Positions 30,873-39,391 of a stretch of DNA of 51,777 bases are shown piece by piece. The translations under genes were made by a program, and so were the position numbers. This DNA is from Escherichia phage FritzSarasin: sequence record MZ501069, one strand, 5' to 3'. Numbering within the stretch: position 1 is the stretch's first letter; each line of letters begins with the position of its first letter. The notes under the pieces are model-generated. The model ran no database searches and was not told where the DNA came from. It saw only the letters and a program-made list of their open reading frames with translations.

Positions 30873-31598
30873 ATGGCTAAAGATATTTTAGATAAAGACA
30901 CCCATGACGCATTCGTTAGCTTTGAGCAGTTGGAGAGAGAAACGTTTATAGGGAATGCCCTTGCAACTGGAGGCCATTACCAGGCAGTAAAGCCAAATCA
31001 ATATTATAAGGTAAGCGGAAACCGATACGCTGGAAGCACTACGCCGGACGTTGTGCGCGATATGTGGAGTACGCCTCAAGAGATCGTGGAGTGGATGGAA
31101 TCAGAATTTGGTGAATACGATCTCGACGCGGCAGCAAGCCAGGAAAACGCAGTTTGCGAGAAGTTCTATAGCAAGGAGACAAACTGCTTAAAGCGTTGGT
31201 GGGGTAGCAACAAGCACGTATGGCTTAACCCGCCGTACAGCAACCCAACTCCATTTATCAAGAAAGCAATTGAGCAAATGGAGCACAACAACCAAATTGA
31301 TGTTTTGTTGCCAGCAGACAACTCTACAGCATGGTTTTATGAGGCGCAGAAAAACGCGGCTGAAATCATCTGGATCACTGGTGAGGTTTACGAAGAGGGT
31401 GGAGTAGAATACTCCCGCACCGGAAGAATCGCCTTTGTGTCTGGATTGACTGGCGAGCCTGTGCAGGGCAACAACAAGGGAAGCGTGATTTTTGTCATGC
31501 GCAAACTTAAAGAAGGCGAGGAGCAGAAAACGCGATACGTTAAGATCAGCGATATTTGCCCTTCTGTAACCGAACGTCGCGCACGCAAACGGAGCTAA
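30873..31598 (+). CDS. dam: DNA N6-adenine methyltransferase (Dam-like)
   Basis: About 241 aa from ATG 30873 (GGAG RBS); NPPY catalytic motif and DLDAAAS block. Confidence 0.75.
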   Translation: MAKDILDKDTHDAFVSFEQLERETFIGNALATGGHYQAVKPNQYYKVSGNRYAGSTTPDVVRDMWSTPQEIVEWMESEFGEYDLDAAASQENAVCEKFYSKETNCLKRWWGSNKHVWLNPPYSNPTPFIKKAIEQMEHNNQIDVLLPADNSTAWFYEAQKNAAEIIWITGEVYEEGGVEYSRTGRIAFVSGLTGEPVQGNNKGSVIFVMRKLKEGEEQKTRYVKISDICPSVTERRARKRS

Positions 31599-31602
31599 CA
31601 CG

Positions 31603-31860
31603 ATGGAAAAAGAGAGAAGCGTTTATTTAAATGAAACTGGCGAGTGGTTGTTATTTCGCGCTATGGTGTGCGATGCACTTGATAAAAACCCTAACGTGAA
31701 AAAGATGATTGATTGCGATCCGTGGGAATTTTCAAGCGCATTAGATATGAGCTTTGAGGAGACAAGAAAACTCCCGCTTGAAAAATGGCACGAACAAATC
31801 AGAAATGACATGCAAGAGTTTGTCGATTCGTGGAATTTTCAGCACGGAATGATCCACTAA
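31603..31860 (+). CDS. hypothetical protein
   Basis: 85 aa with GGAG RBS; stop TAA embedded in the next motif copy. Confidence 0.55.
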   Translation: MEKERSVYLNETGEWLLFRAMVCDALDKNPNVKKMIDCDPWEFSSALDMSFEETRKLPLEKWHEQIRNDMQEFVDSWNFQHGMIH

Positions 31861-31879
31861 TAGCACTTTTTGTTAAAAC
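31859..31879 (+). promoter_or_regulatory. conserved promoter-module motif copy (rightward)
   Basis: AATAGCACTTTTTGTTAAAAC, hairpin GCCCGGCCTAGTGTCGGGC, CATAAT; ATG 77 nt downstream. Confidence 0.6.
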
Positions 31880-31935
31880 GCCCGGCCTAGTGTCGGGCAT
31901 AATTATTTCAACGAAGCAAACATGAGGAAATAAAA

Positions 31936-32115
31936 ATGGTGGTATTCGATAAACGCGCTTTTAATCTTGCTCAAGAAGTAGCAAAAGGTTCAGTGGATGG
32001 CGGTTCAAAGGAAGGATTCCAGTTTGATTGGGAGATCGCAATGTTTTTACTGAAAGTTGCATACGGTCACGCACCAATTGAACAAGCGGAGGCATATTAT
32101 AAGCATGAAGGTTGA
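31936..32115 (+). CDS. hypothetical small protein (not in ORF track)
   Basis: 59-aa ORF with GAGGA RBS at the expected distance from the motif copy. Confidence 0.4.
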   Translation: MVVFDKRAFNLAQEVAKGSVDGGSKEGFQFDWEIAMFLLKVAYGHAPIEQAEAYYKHEG

Positions 32116-32347
32116 GCAAGGAAGAGATGCGGTATGGAATCACGCTAAAGAATGCGGTATTGCCGACGATATAAAGAAGATCGCGCAATACTTTGATATT
32201 GCAGATGTGAGCATAATTAGCGGCGACAAGATGACTTTCCTCAAGGAAAGGCCGCGAAAAATGGTAAGAGTTCCAGCAGTTCCAACAAAAATTGATTTCA
32301 AAGAGGCAATGGCTAAAATCCGAGAGCCTCGCAAATATTATAAATGA
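32105..32347 (+). CDS. hypothetical protein
   Basis: 80 aa from ATG 32105 (MKVEQGRD...); overlaps previous small ORF. Confidence 0.4.
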   Translation: MKVEQGRDAVWNHAKECGIADDIKKIAQYFDIADVSIISGDKMTFLKERPRKMVRVPAVPTKIDFKEAMAKIREPRKYYK

Positions 32348-32441
32348 GGATAGTTATCATGTGGCGCTTGTTTGTTCTACCGTTACCCGTTATCATCGCT
32401 GTTACAGTTATGTACCATATAGTGATGAGATAGGTAGCAGA

Positions 32442-33557
32442 ATGAAAAATGTAAAAATTACAGATGAGCAATTCAAGATCGAACGGGCGGCAGGTAAGAC
32501 ATATAAACAGATCGCTCAAGAGTACGGGATGAATGTGAGAAGCGTCGAGCGTCGCGCGGCGCGTCTTGCAAAGCAAGGACAGTTATCGACCATCGGAGCG
32601 CCTGGTTTTGGTGTTCATGGTGAGTCAGTAATGACTGACAAAGAAGGAAATATAATCCTCAAGTGGACCAAAACCAGCAAGGATAAAGAGCAATTAGAGG
32701 CACTGATGCGCGCAGCTATGGAGGCGTTTAGCGAGGAAGTGCCGCGATTAGATCCAGTTCCATTTCAGGAGCGTAATTATAATGAAACGCTTTCATTGTA
32801 TCCGATCTTTGACATGCACTTAGGAGCTATGGCCCATAAGCACGAATGCGGCGAAAATTGGGATACTGCGACGGCAGAGCGCGTTATGAATAACTTTATC
32901 GACTATGCTTTGATGTGCGCGCCGGACAGCGAAAAGGCTGTTATCCTGATTGGTGGCGATATGCTTCATAGCGATGGCCTGGAGGCTGTGACACCTGCAA
33001 GCGGTCACGTACTTGATCAAGATAGCCGATATGCAAAATTGGTTTACGTTGCAATCCGTGCAATGCGTCGCGCAATTAATAAAATGCTGTTAAAGCATAA
33101 ACATGTTGAGGTCCAGATCGTAGAGGGGAATCACGACCAATCAGGAATGATTTGGCTACGCGCAGCAATGGCGGCAGCATATGAGAACGAGCCGCGCGTT
33201 TACGTTGATGTTTCTCCTCGCGTTGTTCACCACACGCAATACGGAAAAACTTTCCTTGCGTACCATCACGGGCACACAGTGCGTAAACCGGAGGCTTTGC
33301 TAATGATGTGCGCGTCAGATTGGCGGGAGGACTTCGGAAACTCAAAAACGATGTATGCGCACGTAGGGCACTGGCATCACCAGACCGTGACAGAAACGTC
33401 GCTTGGCATCGTGGAGGTGCATAGCACCCTGGCGGCAAAAGACGCATACGCCGCGCGAGGTGGCTGGAGATCTCGACGCCGTGCGGCGGTTATCATTTAC
33501 GACAAAGAGCATGGAGAAGTCGGGCGATTTGTTCACTATCCAGAAATGATGAATTGA
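32442..33557 (+). CDS. calcineurin-like metallophosphoesterase with N-terminal HTH-like region
   Basis: 371 aa from ATG 32442; motifs DMHLG, GGDMLHSD, GNHD, HHGH, GHWHH match the metallophosphoesterase series (SbcD/Mre11-like); N-terminal KQIAQEYGMNVRSVERRAARL resembles an HTH. Confidence 0.6.
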   Translation: MKNVKITDEQFKIERAAGKTYKQIAQEYGMNVRSVERRAARLAKQGQLSTIGAPGFGVHGESVMTDKEGNIILKWTKTSKDKEQLEALMRAAMEAFSEEVPRLDPVPFQERNYNETLSLYPIFDMHLGAMAHKHECGENWDTATAERVMNNFIDYALMCAPDSEKAVILIGGDMLHSDGLEAVTPASGHVLDQDSRYAKLVYVAIRAMRRAINKMLLKHKHVEVQIVEGNHDQSGMIWLRAAMAAAYENEPRVYVDVSPRVVHHTQYGKTFLAYHHGHTVRKPEALLMMCASDWREDFGNSKTMYAHVGHWHHQTVTETSLGIVEVHSTLAAKDAYAARGGWRSRRRAAVIIYDKEHGEVGRFVHYPEMMN

Positions 33558-33604
33558 TGAATTTTTATTTAACTCAATGACAAATTAAATCAAAAACTTG
33601 CAAA

Positions 33605-33632
33605 GGGGCGGCGTTTGTCGCCTCTTTTTTTT
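33605..33632 (+). terminator. rho-independent terminator
   Basis: GGCGGCG-TTTGT-CGCCTC followed by TTTTTTTTG. Confidence 0.55.
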
Positions 33633-33704
33633 GTTTAAATTTTTATCATGTGCGTTTATTATGCGGTTAATATATTGACTTTTAATTAATATGGAGCATT
33701 AAAA

Positions 33705-33920
33705 ATGAAAGATTTTATTAACGCAGCTACCGCCGGATCTGGCGGTTCATCTATCGCAAGCGCCGCTACAGGTCAGTTAACCATTGCTATTGCCAGCTTT
33801 GTTTTAATGGCTGCATTCGGTGCGTGGGGCGCTTACCTTCGCTGGCGTGATAGTAAAAAATTCCACGAGGCGATCGAAAAAGGTGATATTCAAAAAGCTA
33901 TTGAAATCAGGGGCAAGTAA
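33705..33920 (+). CDS. putative holin
   Basis: 71 aa; one hydrophobic transmembrane stretch and charged C-terminus; directly precedes endolysin with overlapping TAATG. Confidence 0.6.
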   Translation: MKDFINAATAGSGGSSIASAATGQLTIAIASFVLMAAFGAWGAYLRWRDSKKFHEAIEKGDIQKAIEIRGK

Positions 33921-34411
33921 TGAGCATCAAGAACAGGGTGGCGGCGGCGGCCTTTGGCGTTGCGGTTGCCTTGACTTCTCCACTTCTTGAAGAGATCGAA
34001 GGGGTAAGATACAAGCCATACAAAGATATTGCGGGAGTATGGACGGTTTGCGCAGGAATCACCGGACCCGATGTTATCCTGGGGAAAACGTACACTAAAA
34101 AAGAGTGTGATGATTTGTTGGCTAAGCATATCCAGGTTGCTAAAAAGGAAGTTGACAAGCAAGTTAAGGTTGACATTCCTGATAGTATGCGTGCAGCAAT
34201 GTACTCATTCACTTACAATGCAGGTGTGGGAGCTTTCAGAAATTCAACAATGCTGAAACTCATCAACCAGGGGAAATTAAAAGATGCTTGCGATCAGCTT
34301 TATCGTTGGACGTATTACCATAACCCCAAAACAGGAAAGCGCGAGAAGTCTAAAGGCTTACTTAACAGGCGCAAGGTCGAATACAAATATTGCACAATGG
34401 ATCTGAAATGA
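33920..34411 (+). CDS. endolysin (lysozyme-like, probable signal-anchor-release type)
   Basis: 163 aa; hydrophobic N-terminal segment [17 protein letters not shown] followed by a lysozyme-like catalytic region; lysis-cassette position. Confidence 0.8.
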   Translation: MSIKNRVAAAAFGVAVALTSPLLEEIEGVRYKPYKDIAGVWTVCAGITGPDVILGKTYTKKECDDLLAKHIQVAKKEVDKQVKVDIPDSMRAAMYSFTYNAGVGAFRNSTMLKLINQGKLKDACDQLYRWTYYHNPKTGKREKSKGLLNRRKVEYKYCTMDLK

Positions 34412-34803
34412 TGAAGAAATTTTTACTTACACCAATCGCAATGGCGGTGATCTTGTCTGGATGTTCAAGCGTTACGCCACTGACCGGATTAATCGGCAGT
34501 AAGCCGGAAATCACAGCACAGGCTGGCGCGGAGAACGTGAGGCAGACAGTTGGCATTACAGCAAAGCAGGACGCCAGCACAAAACAGGAAACCACAATAA
34601 AGGAATCTGCGGTTGACAAGGTGGACACGTCCAGCAAGAAGGATTTCACAACATCAACCATTCAGGCCAATACCATCAAGGCAGACAAAATTCAGATCGT
34701 GCAGGGTAATAACGGCAGATGGTACGATCCAATAATCATATGCGTGGTTGTGTTAATTGTGCTGATTTGTCTTTACTGGAGAGAAAAGAAAAAGGAGGCT
34801 TAA
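34408..34803 (+). CDS. unimolecular spanin
   Basis: ATG 34408 overlaps endolysin stop; N-terminal lipoprotein signal with lipobox ILSGC and C-terminal transmembrane helix [16 protein letters not shown]. Confidence 0.75.
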   Translation: MMKKFLLTPIAMAVILSGCSSVTPLTGLIGSKPEITAQAGAENVRQTVGITAKQDASTKQETTIKESAVDKVDTSSKKDFTTSTIQANTIKADKIQIVQGNNGRWYDPIIICVVVLIVLICLYWREKKKEA

Positions 34804-34819
34804 TGCCTCCTTTATTTTT
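34794..34819. terminator. bidirectional terminator
   Basis: AAAAA-GGAGGCTTAATGCCTCC-TTTATTTTT between convergent spanin and leftward gene. Confidence 0.6.
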
Positions 34820-35042
34820 ATGCGTCGGGCCACATATGAGTTTCGTTTGTTGGCTTGTTCGATTCGTCATACTGCCTTACTTCAATGCTGCAAGTGTCGC
34901 CATACATTTCTGCAATCTTGCGCTCATTTTCAACAGCCGATTGCTCACTCCATCCAAAATCCCTGTCATAAATTGTCGGGATTTCAGCAGAAGATCCGTT
35001 GTCATGATTATATACGCGAACTACTAAAAACTTGCTGGACAT
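34818..35042 (-). CDS. hypothetical protein
   Basis: 74 aa; driven by the leftward motif module at 35103-35123. Confidence 0.55.
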   Translation of the reverse strand: MSSKFLVVRVYNHDNGSSAEIPTIYDRDFGWSEQSAVENERKIAEMYGDTCSIEVRQYDESNKPTNETHMWPDA

Positions 35043-35102
35043 AATTTTACCTTTTGGTTGTTTCGTTTCGATGAAACAAATATACCCGACACTAGGCCGG
35101 GC

Positions 35103-35123
35103 GTTTTAACAAAAAATGCTATT
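35103..35123 (-). promoter_or_regulatory. conserved promoter-module motif copy (leftward)
   Basis: Minus-strand reading AATAGCATTTTTTGTTAAAAC + GCCCGGCCTAGTGTCGGG + TATAT; nearly identical to the inverted copy at 31859. Confidence 0.6.
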
Positions 35124-35239
35124 CCATACGCTTTACCGTAACCAGTAATACACCATCATCATTGCATAAAACATGTTCAGTGGTGCTAAAAGCGCGCATA
35201 TCTGAATAAAGTATCGTAAGTAAAGCATGAATAAAATCC

Positions 35240-35635
35240 TCATGTGATATTGAATTTACGGCGCAGTGCTTCAAGATCTTGTCTATTAGCTTTTGCCTGG
35301 AACAATTCATCATCGCCCATCTCCCCTATTCTAGCCATATCCCTGATCCAGTCGTTGCGCATACCATCCAGGCTATACAATTCGAATCCGAAAGGCCGCT
35401 TTGACGATCCTTTGGACCAGTATTTACCGCAGACCCCATCTATATAGCCAGCCGTCATCATTCTTGCGCAAAATTCCTTAGATGCAAGGCTGGCGAACAT
35501 TCGCGGCGTAAGTCCGGCGGCCCGTGCGAGCCGCTCACATTCTCTATGATGATAGATAAATTTGGCTATGTGCTGCCTGTTAAACCAGTCGTATGACTCA
35601 CACCATTTATACAGATCAAGCAAAAACATAATCAT
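35240..35635 (-). CDS. hypothetical protein, coupled to upstream P-loop ATPase
   Basis: About 131 aa; start overlaps stop of the ATPase gene (ATGA); no recognisable motif. Confidence 0.5.
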   Translation of the reverse strand: MIMFLLDLYKWCESYDWFNRQHIAKFIYHHRECERLARAAGLTPRMFASLASKEFCARMMTAGYIDGVCGKYWSKGSSKRPFGFELYSLDGMRNDWIRDMARIGEMGDDELFQAKANRQDLEALRRKFNIT

Positions 35636-37212
35636 CCCAGCAGTATTGGATTGACAAAAATAACACCATTAATCACACAAACATAATTTCTTTCTTCCAG
35701 CATTGGCAGCAAGTGCCCTTCTATCCTCTTCATTACGCCAGCTTGACCAACGAAAGGTTTTACCTTTCTCGCTGATTCGTACAGGGCGCGAATATTCAGA
35801 ATCCCTTTATTAGCCTTGCCGTGTCTAGTGATCAATTCAATCAATTTGCCCATTTCAGCATCATCACCAGCATAACCAGAAGCATTGGCGGCGCTAATGT
35901 ATGTTTTGCTCAATTCCTGAAACATGATCAGCGCCTCTTGCATTGTTTCCACGTCGATCTCTTTCGACTTCTGCGGGTATCCAGCAGGATTAAACCAGTT
36001 GCGGATAACATGCAGGACGGAAGCAAGCCTGATCACCTGTTTATCCATTTTACCCAGCGCACCGCGTAACATTGTATGAGAATACTTTCCGCCGTCTGCA
36101 AGATGCGGTTCCATATCCTGGCGAGCAATGTTGAGCACTCGCATAGCTGAACGGCTTATTTTCAGCGATATATTTGATTCGCTCATGATGTTATGCACCA
36201 ATTGATAATATTGGGCCTTCAATTCAGGATCCACCGCCTCATAGGTAGAATCACCATTTTCATCAATGAATGAGCGACGGCCTAAGAATGATTCCTCACG
36301 GACCAACAAAAAGCGCTCACTCACACCGATACCGCGCGATCCAGCGTCCATGATTCCGCTTATCGTTTCATCCTGGGCTATAACGCTCATACATCCAAGT
36401 GCGCGAAAACTCATGTTATTGTCAGCATTAGCACGGGCAATTGATACGTGACCATTATCCCACGCCTTAAGCACTAGCTCGCTGTTAGTCTTCCTTTCGC
36501 TATTGGCATAGGTCAAGCCTAACAGGCTGTTAATACTTGTTGCTTCGTCAGATATTACGGCAAAGTTACCTTGCTTGTTGTTGATTTTCGCCAAGCCTTC
36601 TGGAGTGGTATCTGAAACAGGGAAAGTTATATCACACATCTTTTCCAGCTTCTCCTCCAGATCCTCTTTTTCCTGGTATAGAGATTCCATATCAGCGCCT
36701 GATCTTTCGCTTTTCATCTCCTTTGCAAGACCTGCCAACTTTGCCTGTATTTTCTTTCTTTCCTTGCGGCGTTGCTCGTTGATCTTCTCAACTTCCGCAA
36801 TCATCGGAGCAATAGCCATACTGTTGATCGCAGATTTACCAGTTGACGGCGGCTGGCTTGTAACTACGTAAAGCGCAGTCGGCTGATCGGTTCCGTGATA
36901 GTCAACTGTAAAGCGCCCAAGCATAGCGGCAGAAATGCAGCCGATAAAGTGCATGTAAGCCGATGATTCAGGGAATTGAACTGATCGCGCAATGCTGCGT
37001 GATAACTTGCCGACAACATCAATATCATTACCAAGAGAAATTACGGGGTAGCGATCGTGACCGCTATTTACATCCTTTACGTCGCCCCAAAAGCTGGACG
37101 ACTGGCGATAGCCGTTAGCCTGAATTGATACGCGAACTGGCGAAAGGTTCTGGCTTTCAGCCATAGCGATTATTTGCTGTGGAGTTAATTTGTTCGTTTC
37201 TAATGAAAACAT
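35632..37212 (-). CDS. P-loop NTPase of unknown function (DUF3987-like, unverified)
   Basis: 526 aa; Walker A-like PPSTGKS and Walker B-like AVISDEA; charged coiled-coil segment; long C-terminal domain with no recognisable motif. Confidence 0.6.
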   Translation of the reverse strand: MFSLETNKLTPQQIIAMAESQNLSPVRVSIQANGYRQSSSFWGDVKDVNSGHDRYPVISLGNDIDVVGKLSRSIARSVQFPESSAYMHFIGCISAAMLGRFTVDYHGTDQPTALYVVTSQPPSTGKSAINSMAIAPMIAEVEKINEQRRKERKKIQAKLAGLAKEMKSERSGADMESLYQEKEDLEEKLEKMCDITFPVSDTTPEGLAKINNKQGNFAVISDEATSINSLLGLTYANSERKTNSELVLKAWDNGHVSIARANADNNMSFRALGCMSVIAQDETISGIMDAGSRGIGVSERFLLVREESFLGRRSFIDENGDSTYEAVDPELKAQYYQLVHNIMSESNISLKISRSAMRVLNIARQDMEPHLADGGKYSHTMLRGALGKMDKQVIRLASVLHVIRNWFNPAGYPQKSKEIDVETMQEALIMFQELSKTYISAANASGYAGDDAEMGKLIELITRHGKANKGILNIRALYESARKVKPFVGQAGVMKRIEGHLLPMLEERNYVCVINGVIFVNPILLG

Positions 37213-37264
37213 TCGTTAGCTTCTCCTTTGTGGGCCGTAAATTTTAACGGCCCAATACTACCCC

Positions 37265-37285
37265 GTTTTGTCAAAAAGTGCTATT
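37265..37285 (-). promoter_or_regulatory. conserved promoter-module motif, variant with TTGACA (leftward)
   Basis: Minus-strand reading AATAGCACTTTTTGACAAAAC, 22 nt, TAAAAT inside hairpin GGGCCG...CGGCCC; ATPase ATG 74 nt downstream. Confidence 0.55.
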
Positions 37286-37502
37286 TGATCCGCTCTATTG
37301 CAACCAGAAGTCGATCAGGCTGGCGGTCGCTGTAGCATTCTCCTGTAATCCCATCCTTAAACGTAAAGTAAAGCGCCTTATGATATGAAAAACCAATCAG
37401 CCAACCTACCGCCGTTTTTTTGATGGGCCTGACTATATCGCCAGGCTTGAAAGTCTTTGTGGTAGAATTCGTTACTTTGTAACGGTTTTCACTGTTTATC
37501 AC
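37281..37502 (-). CDS. hypothetical small protein (KxGD motif)
   Basis: 73 aa; contains FKPGDIV motif. Confidence 0.5.
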   Translation of the reverse strand: MINSENRYKVTNSTTKTFKPGDIVRPIKKTAVGWLIGFSYHKALYFTFKDGITGECYSDRQPDRLLVAIERIK

Positions 37503-37885
37503 AGATATTTGCCCTCAAACAGATAACAGCCGCCAGCAGAGAATCCGACCTCTTCACGGTACAGGTTCCAGCGGTCGCCGCACTCATCAAAAACATAACC
37601 CGCAACGCTTCCAAGCGGTCGCCCTTTCTCGATCTGGTATCGCTTGCCCTGCTTAAAGTGCTTTTTGCACGGCATGTTATGATCTACAAACGTGCAAAGA
37701 ACGGTTTTTGTGTTAATGGCGCGGTAATCATCTCGGTTTGCTGGAATCCAGCGACTACCCTTAACAAGCGTCTTAACTTGGAACTCTTCCACCTCGATCA
37801 CATCATCACTTCCTGCAATCTTCTGATAAACCGTTTTAAAACGGCCTTTCATCAATACGTTGGTTTCATTACAGATAACATTCAT
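37499..37885 (-). CDS. hypothetical protein
   Basis: 128 aa; driven by motif module at 37939-37959. Confidence 0.55.
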   Translation of the reverse strand: MNVICNETNVLMKGRFKTVYQKIAGSDDVIEVEEFQVKTLVKGSRWIPANRDDYRAINTKTVLCTFVDHNMPCKKHFKQGKRYQIEKGRPLGSVAGYVFDECGDRWNLYREEVGFSAGGCYLFEGKYL

Positions 37886-37938
37886 GATCAGATCTCCTTT
37901 GTTTGTTCGATGTGATTATGCCAGGTTTTTACACCTGG

Positions 37939-37959
37939 CTTTTAACAAAAAGTGCTATT
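37939..37959 (-). promoter_or_regulatory. conserved promoter-module motif copy (leftward)
   Basis: Minus-strand reading AATAGCACTTTTTGTTAAAAG + hairpin CCAGGTGTAAAAACCTGG + CATAAT. Confidence 0.6.
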
Positions 37960-38662
37960 TTGAGTTTGACTCAAAGACGGCGCGAGCAAATCCGCGCGGA
38001 GTGAGGGAGCGGATCATCTTTGTGCGCGATGACTTACCGCCAGTTTTGGCCCAGCCTGGATTATCTTTGTCTTCCTCTTTCGGCAGGATTAAAGCGCGCG
38101 GAGGAATAACAAAGCCGTTGCCAGTCCAGAGGCACGTTTTCTTAAAATAGCGATCCCGTGCCGGAATAATATCAGGGAAGTCGGGATGTTTATCATCTTC
38201 CGGCAGATAGCCAGCGTAATCGCACGGATGGAACGTATAATCAGGCTTTCGCCATAACGTTGACAACTTGCCAACCGGATTTTCGATCATGTAAGGAACA
38301 CCGAAATAATCAGCTATATCAGCCGCGATTCTGCAAGTGTCGGCGGCCTCATCCTGGAACGATGGATTCTCAAGGCGTTTTTTGGCCCAATGGCGAGATC
38401 CGCTATTTGCAAGGTCGGTGCATGGTGGGAAGGCCATAATAAAATCAGGATTGCCCCACTCATTATTGATTGCCTTAACATAAAAAGCATCATCAATCCA
38501 GACGTTAACGTATTCGATATTCTCATGCTGTATGCGCACTGACTGGTAATCACCGTGATCGCCGCCGTCAGCATTAAAGCAAATGCACTTATAGCCATTA
38601 TCAGCCCAATCTTTAACAGCTTTACCAGATCCATCAAATAGGGAGAATATTAAACCTTTATA
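37955..38662 (-). CDS. compact DNA (cytosine-5)-methyltransferase-like protein
   Basis: About 236 aa from ATG 38662 (MYKGLIFSLFDGSGK); motif I FSLFDGSG, PC motif AFPPCTD, ENV-like MIENPVG; shorter than typical C5 methyltransferases. Confidence 0.55.
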   Translation of the reverse strand, partial: YKGLIFSLFDGSGKAVKDWADNGYKCICFNADGGDHGDYQSVRIQHENIEYVNVWIDDAFYVKAINNEWGNPDFIMAFPPCTDLANSGSRHWAKKRLENPSFQDEAADTCRIAADIADYFGVPYMIENPVGKLSTLWRKPDYTFHPCDYAGYLPEDDKHPDFPDIIPARDRYFKKTCLWTGNGFVIPPRALILPKEEDKDNPGWAKTGGKSSRTKMIRSLTPRGFARAVFESNSK

Positions 38663-38675
38663 CATCGTAATTACC

Positions 38676-38900
38676 TCAAAACGGAAAACAGCGCGCACAA
38701 CCATGATCGAAATCGCATCCACAATCATTAACAATCATAGTGGGATCTGCAAATATTGCGCTTGATTCAAGATCCATATCCATATCACCTAAAGCCTCAT
38801 CAAGAGTCTTAATTTTATATGCCACTTCAAGCGCCGCCTCTTTATTTAGTCCGGCATCTTCTGCCATTTGAAGGCGCTCAAAAAAACCGTCCTGACTCAT
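38676..38900 (-). CDS. hypothetical acidic protein with C-terminal cysteine cluster
   Basis: 74 aa; about 16 acidic versus 5 basic residues; ends CGCDFDHGCARCFPF. Confidence 0.5.
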   Translation of the reverse strand: MSQDGFFERLQMAEDAGLNKEAALEVAYKIKTLDEALGDMDMDLESSAIFADPTMIVNDCGCDFDHGCARCFPF

Positions 38901-39013
38901 CGCATAACTCCCTTAATAACAGCCAAGATAATAGCCAGGCCAGCAGCAGTAACCAAAAATCCAACCGCGCCAATAATCGAATAAAAAAAGAAATCAATAG
39001 CTTTATCTATCAT
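38897..39013 (-). CDS. putative small membrane peptide (not in ORF track)
   Basis: 38-aa hydrophobic ORF MIDKAIDFFFYSIIGAVGFLVTAAGLAIILAVIKGVMR with RBS GAGGTGA; stop overlaps next ATG. Confidence 0.3.
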   Translation of the reverse strand: MIDKAIDFFFYSIIGAVGFLVTAAGLAIILAVIKGVMR

Positions 39014-39055
39014 TTTTCACCTCATTTAAAAGGCGGCAAAACGCCGCCAGATTAA

Positions 39056-39283
39056 TTAAAGAGCGCGCCAACTTTGAATATAGAAAGCGTTTTCTTCCAG
39101 TAATTCTTTTACCTGATCTTTATTGTATTTGCGCACCTTACCGCCTGGATGGATACCAATAAGATAGCCGCCTTTGCCCTCGGTGATAGTGATTTGGCTA
39201 ATTCCGCAGGACTTATCAAGTTTTACAGCCACGCGGTGATGAGCGTCAATAGTTGCCATAATGTTTAAAACTTTTGCTTTCAT
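39056..39283 (-). CDS. hypothetical protein
   Basis: 75 aa ORF in leftward operon. Confidence 0.5.
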   Translation of the reverse strand: MKAKVLNIMATIDAHHRVAVKLDKSCGISQITITEGKGGYLIGIHPGGKVRKYNKDQVKELLEENAFYIQSWRAL

Positions 39284-39391
39284 TTAAATATCCTCAATTG
39301 AAATATGAATGACGTGGCGCTCTTTTTCCGTCGCCGCCGTAATGGTCATTTGCAACCGCCACCATCCAAGCGTTTTTGAAAATAAATAGCC

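Noticed and set aside
31870-31875. TTGTTA within the motif as a canonical -35 element
   Set aside because: The spacing to the conserved -10-like hexamer is about 22 nt in nearly all copies, which is outside the usual 16-18 nt. The motif is more likely an activator or UP-like site, or these are extended -10 promoters.
31880-31900. GC-rich hairpins after the motif read as intrinsic terminators of the upstream gene
   Set aside because: They are followed by a conserved -10-like hexamer rather than a U-tract, and keep a fixed distance to the motif and the downstream ATG. They fit better as part of the promoter or operator module, though a dual role is not excluded.
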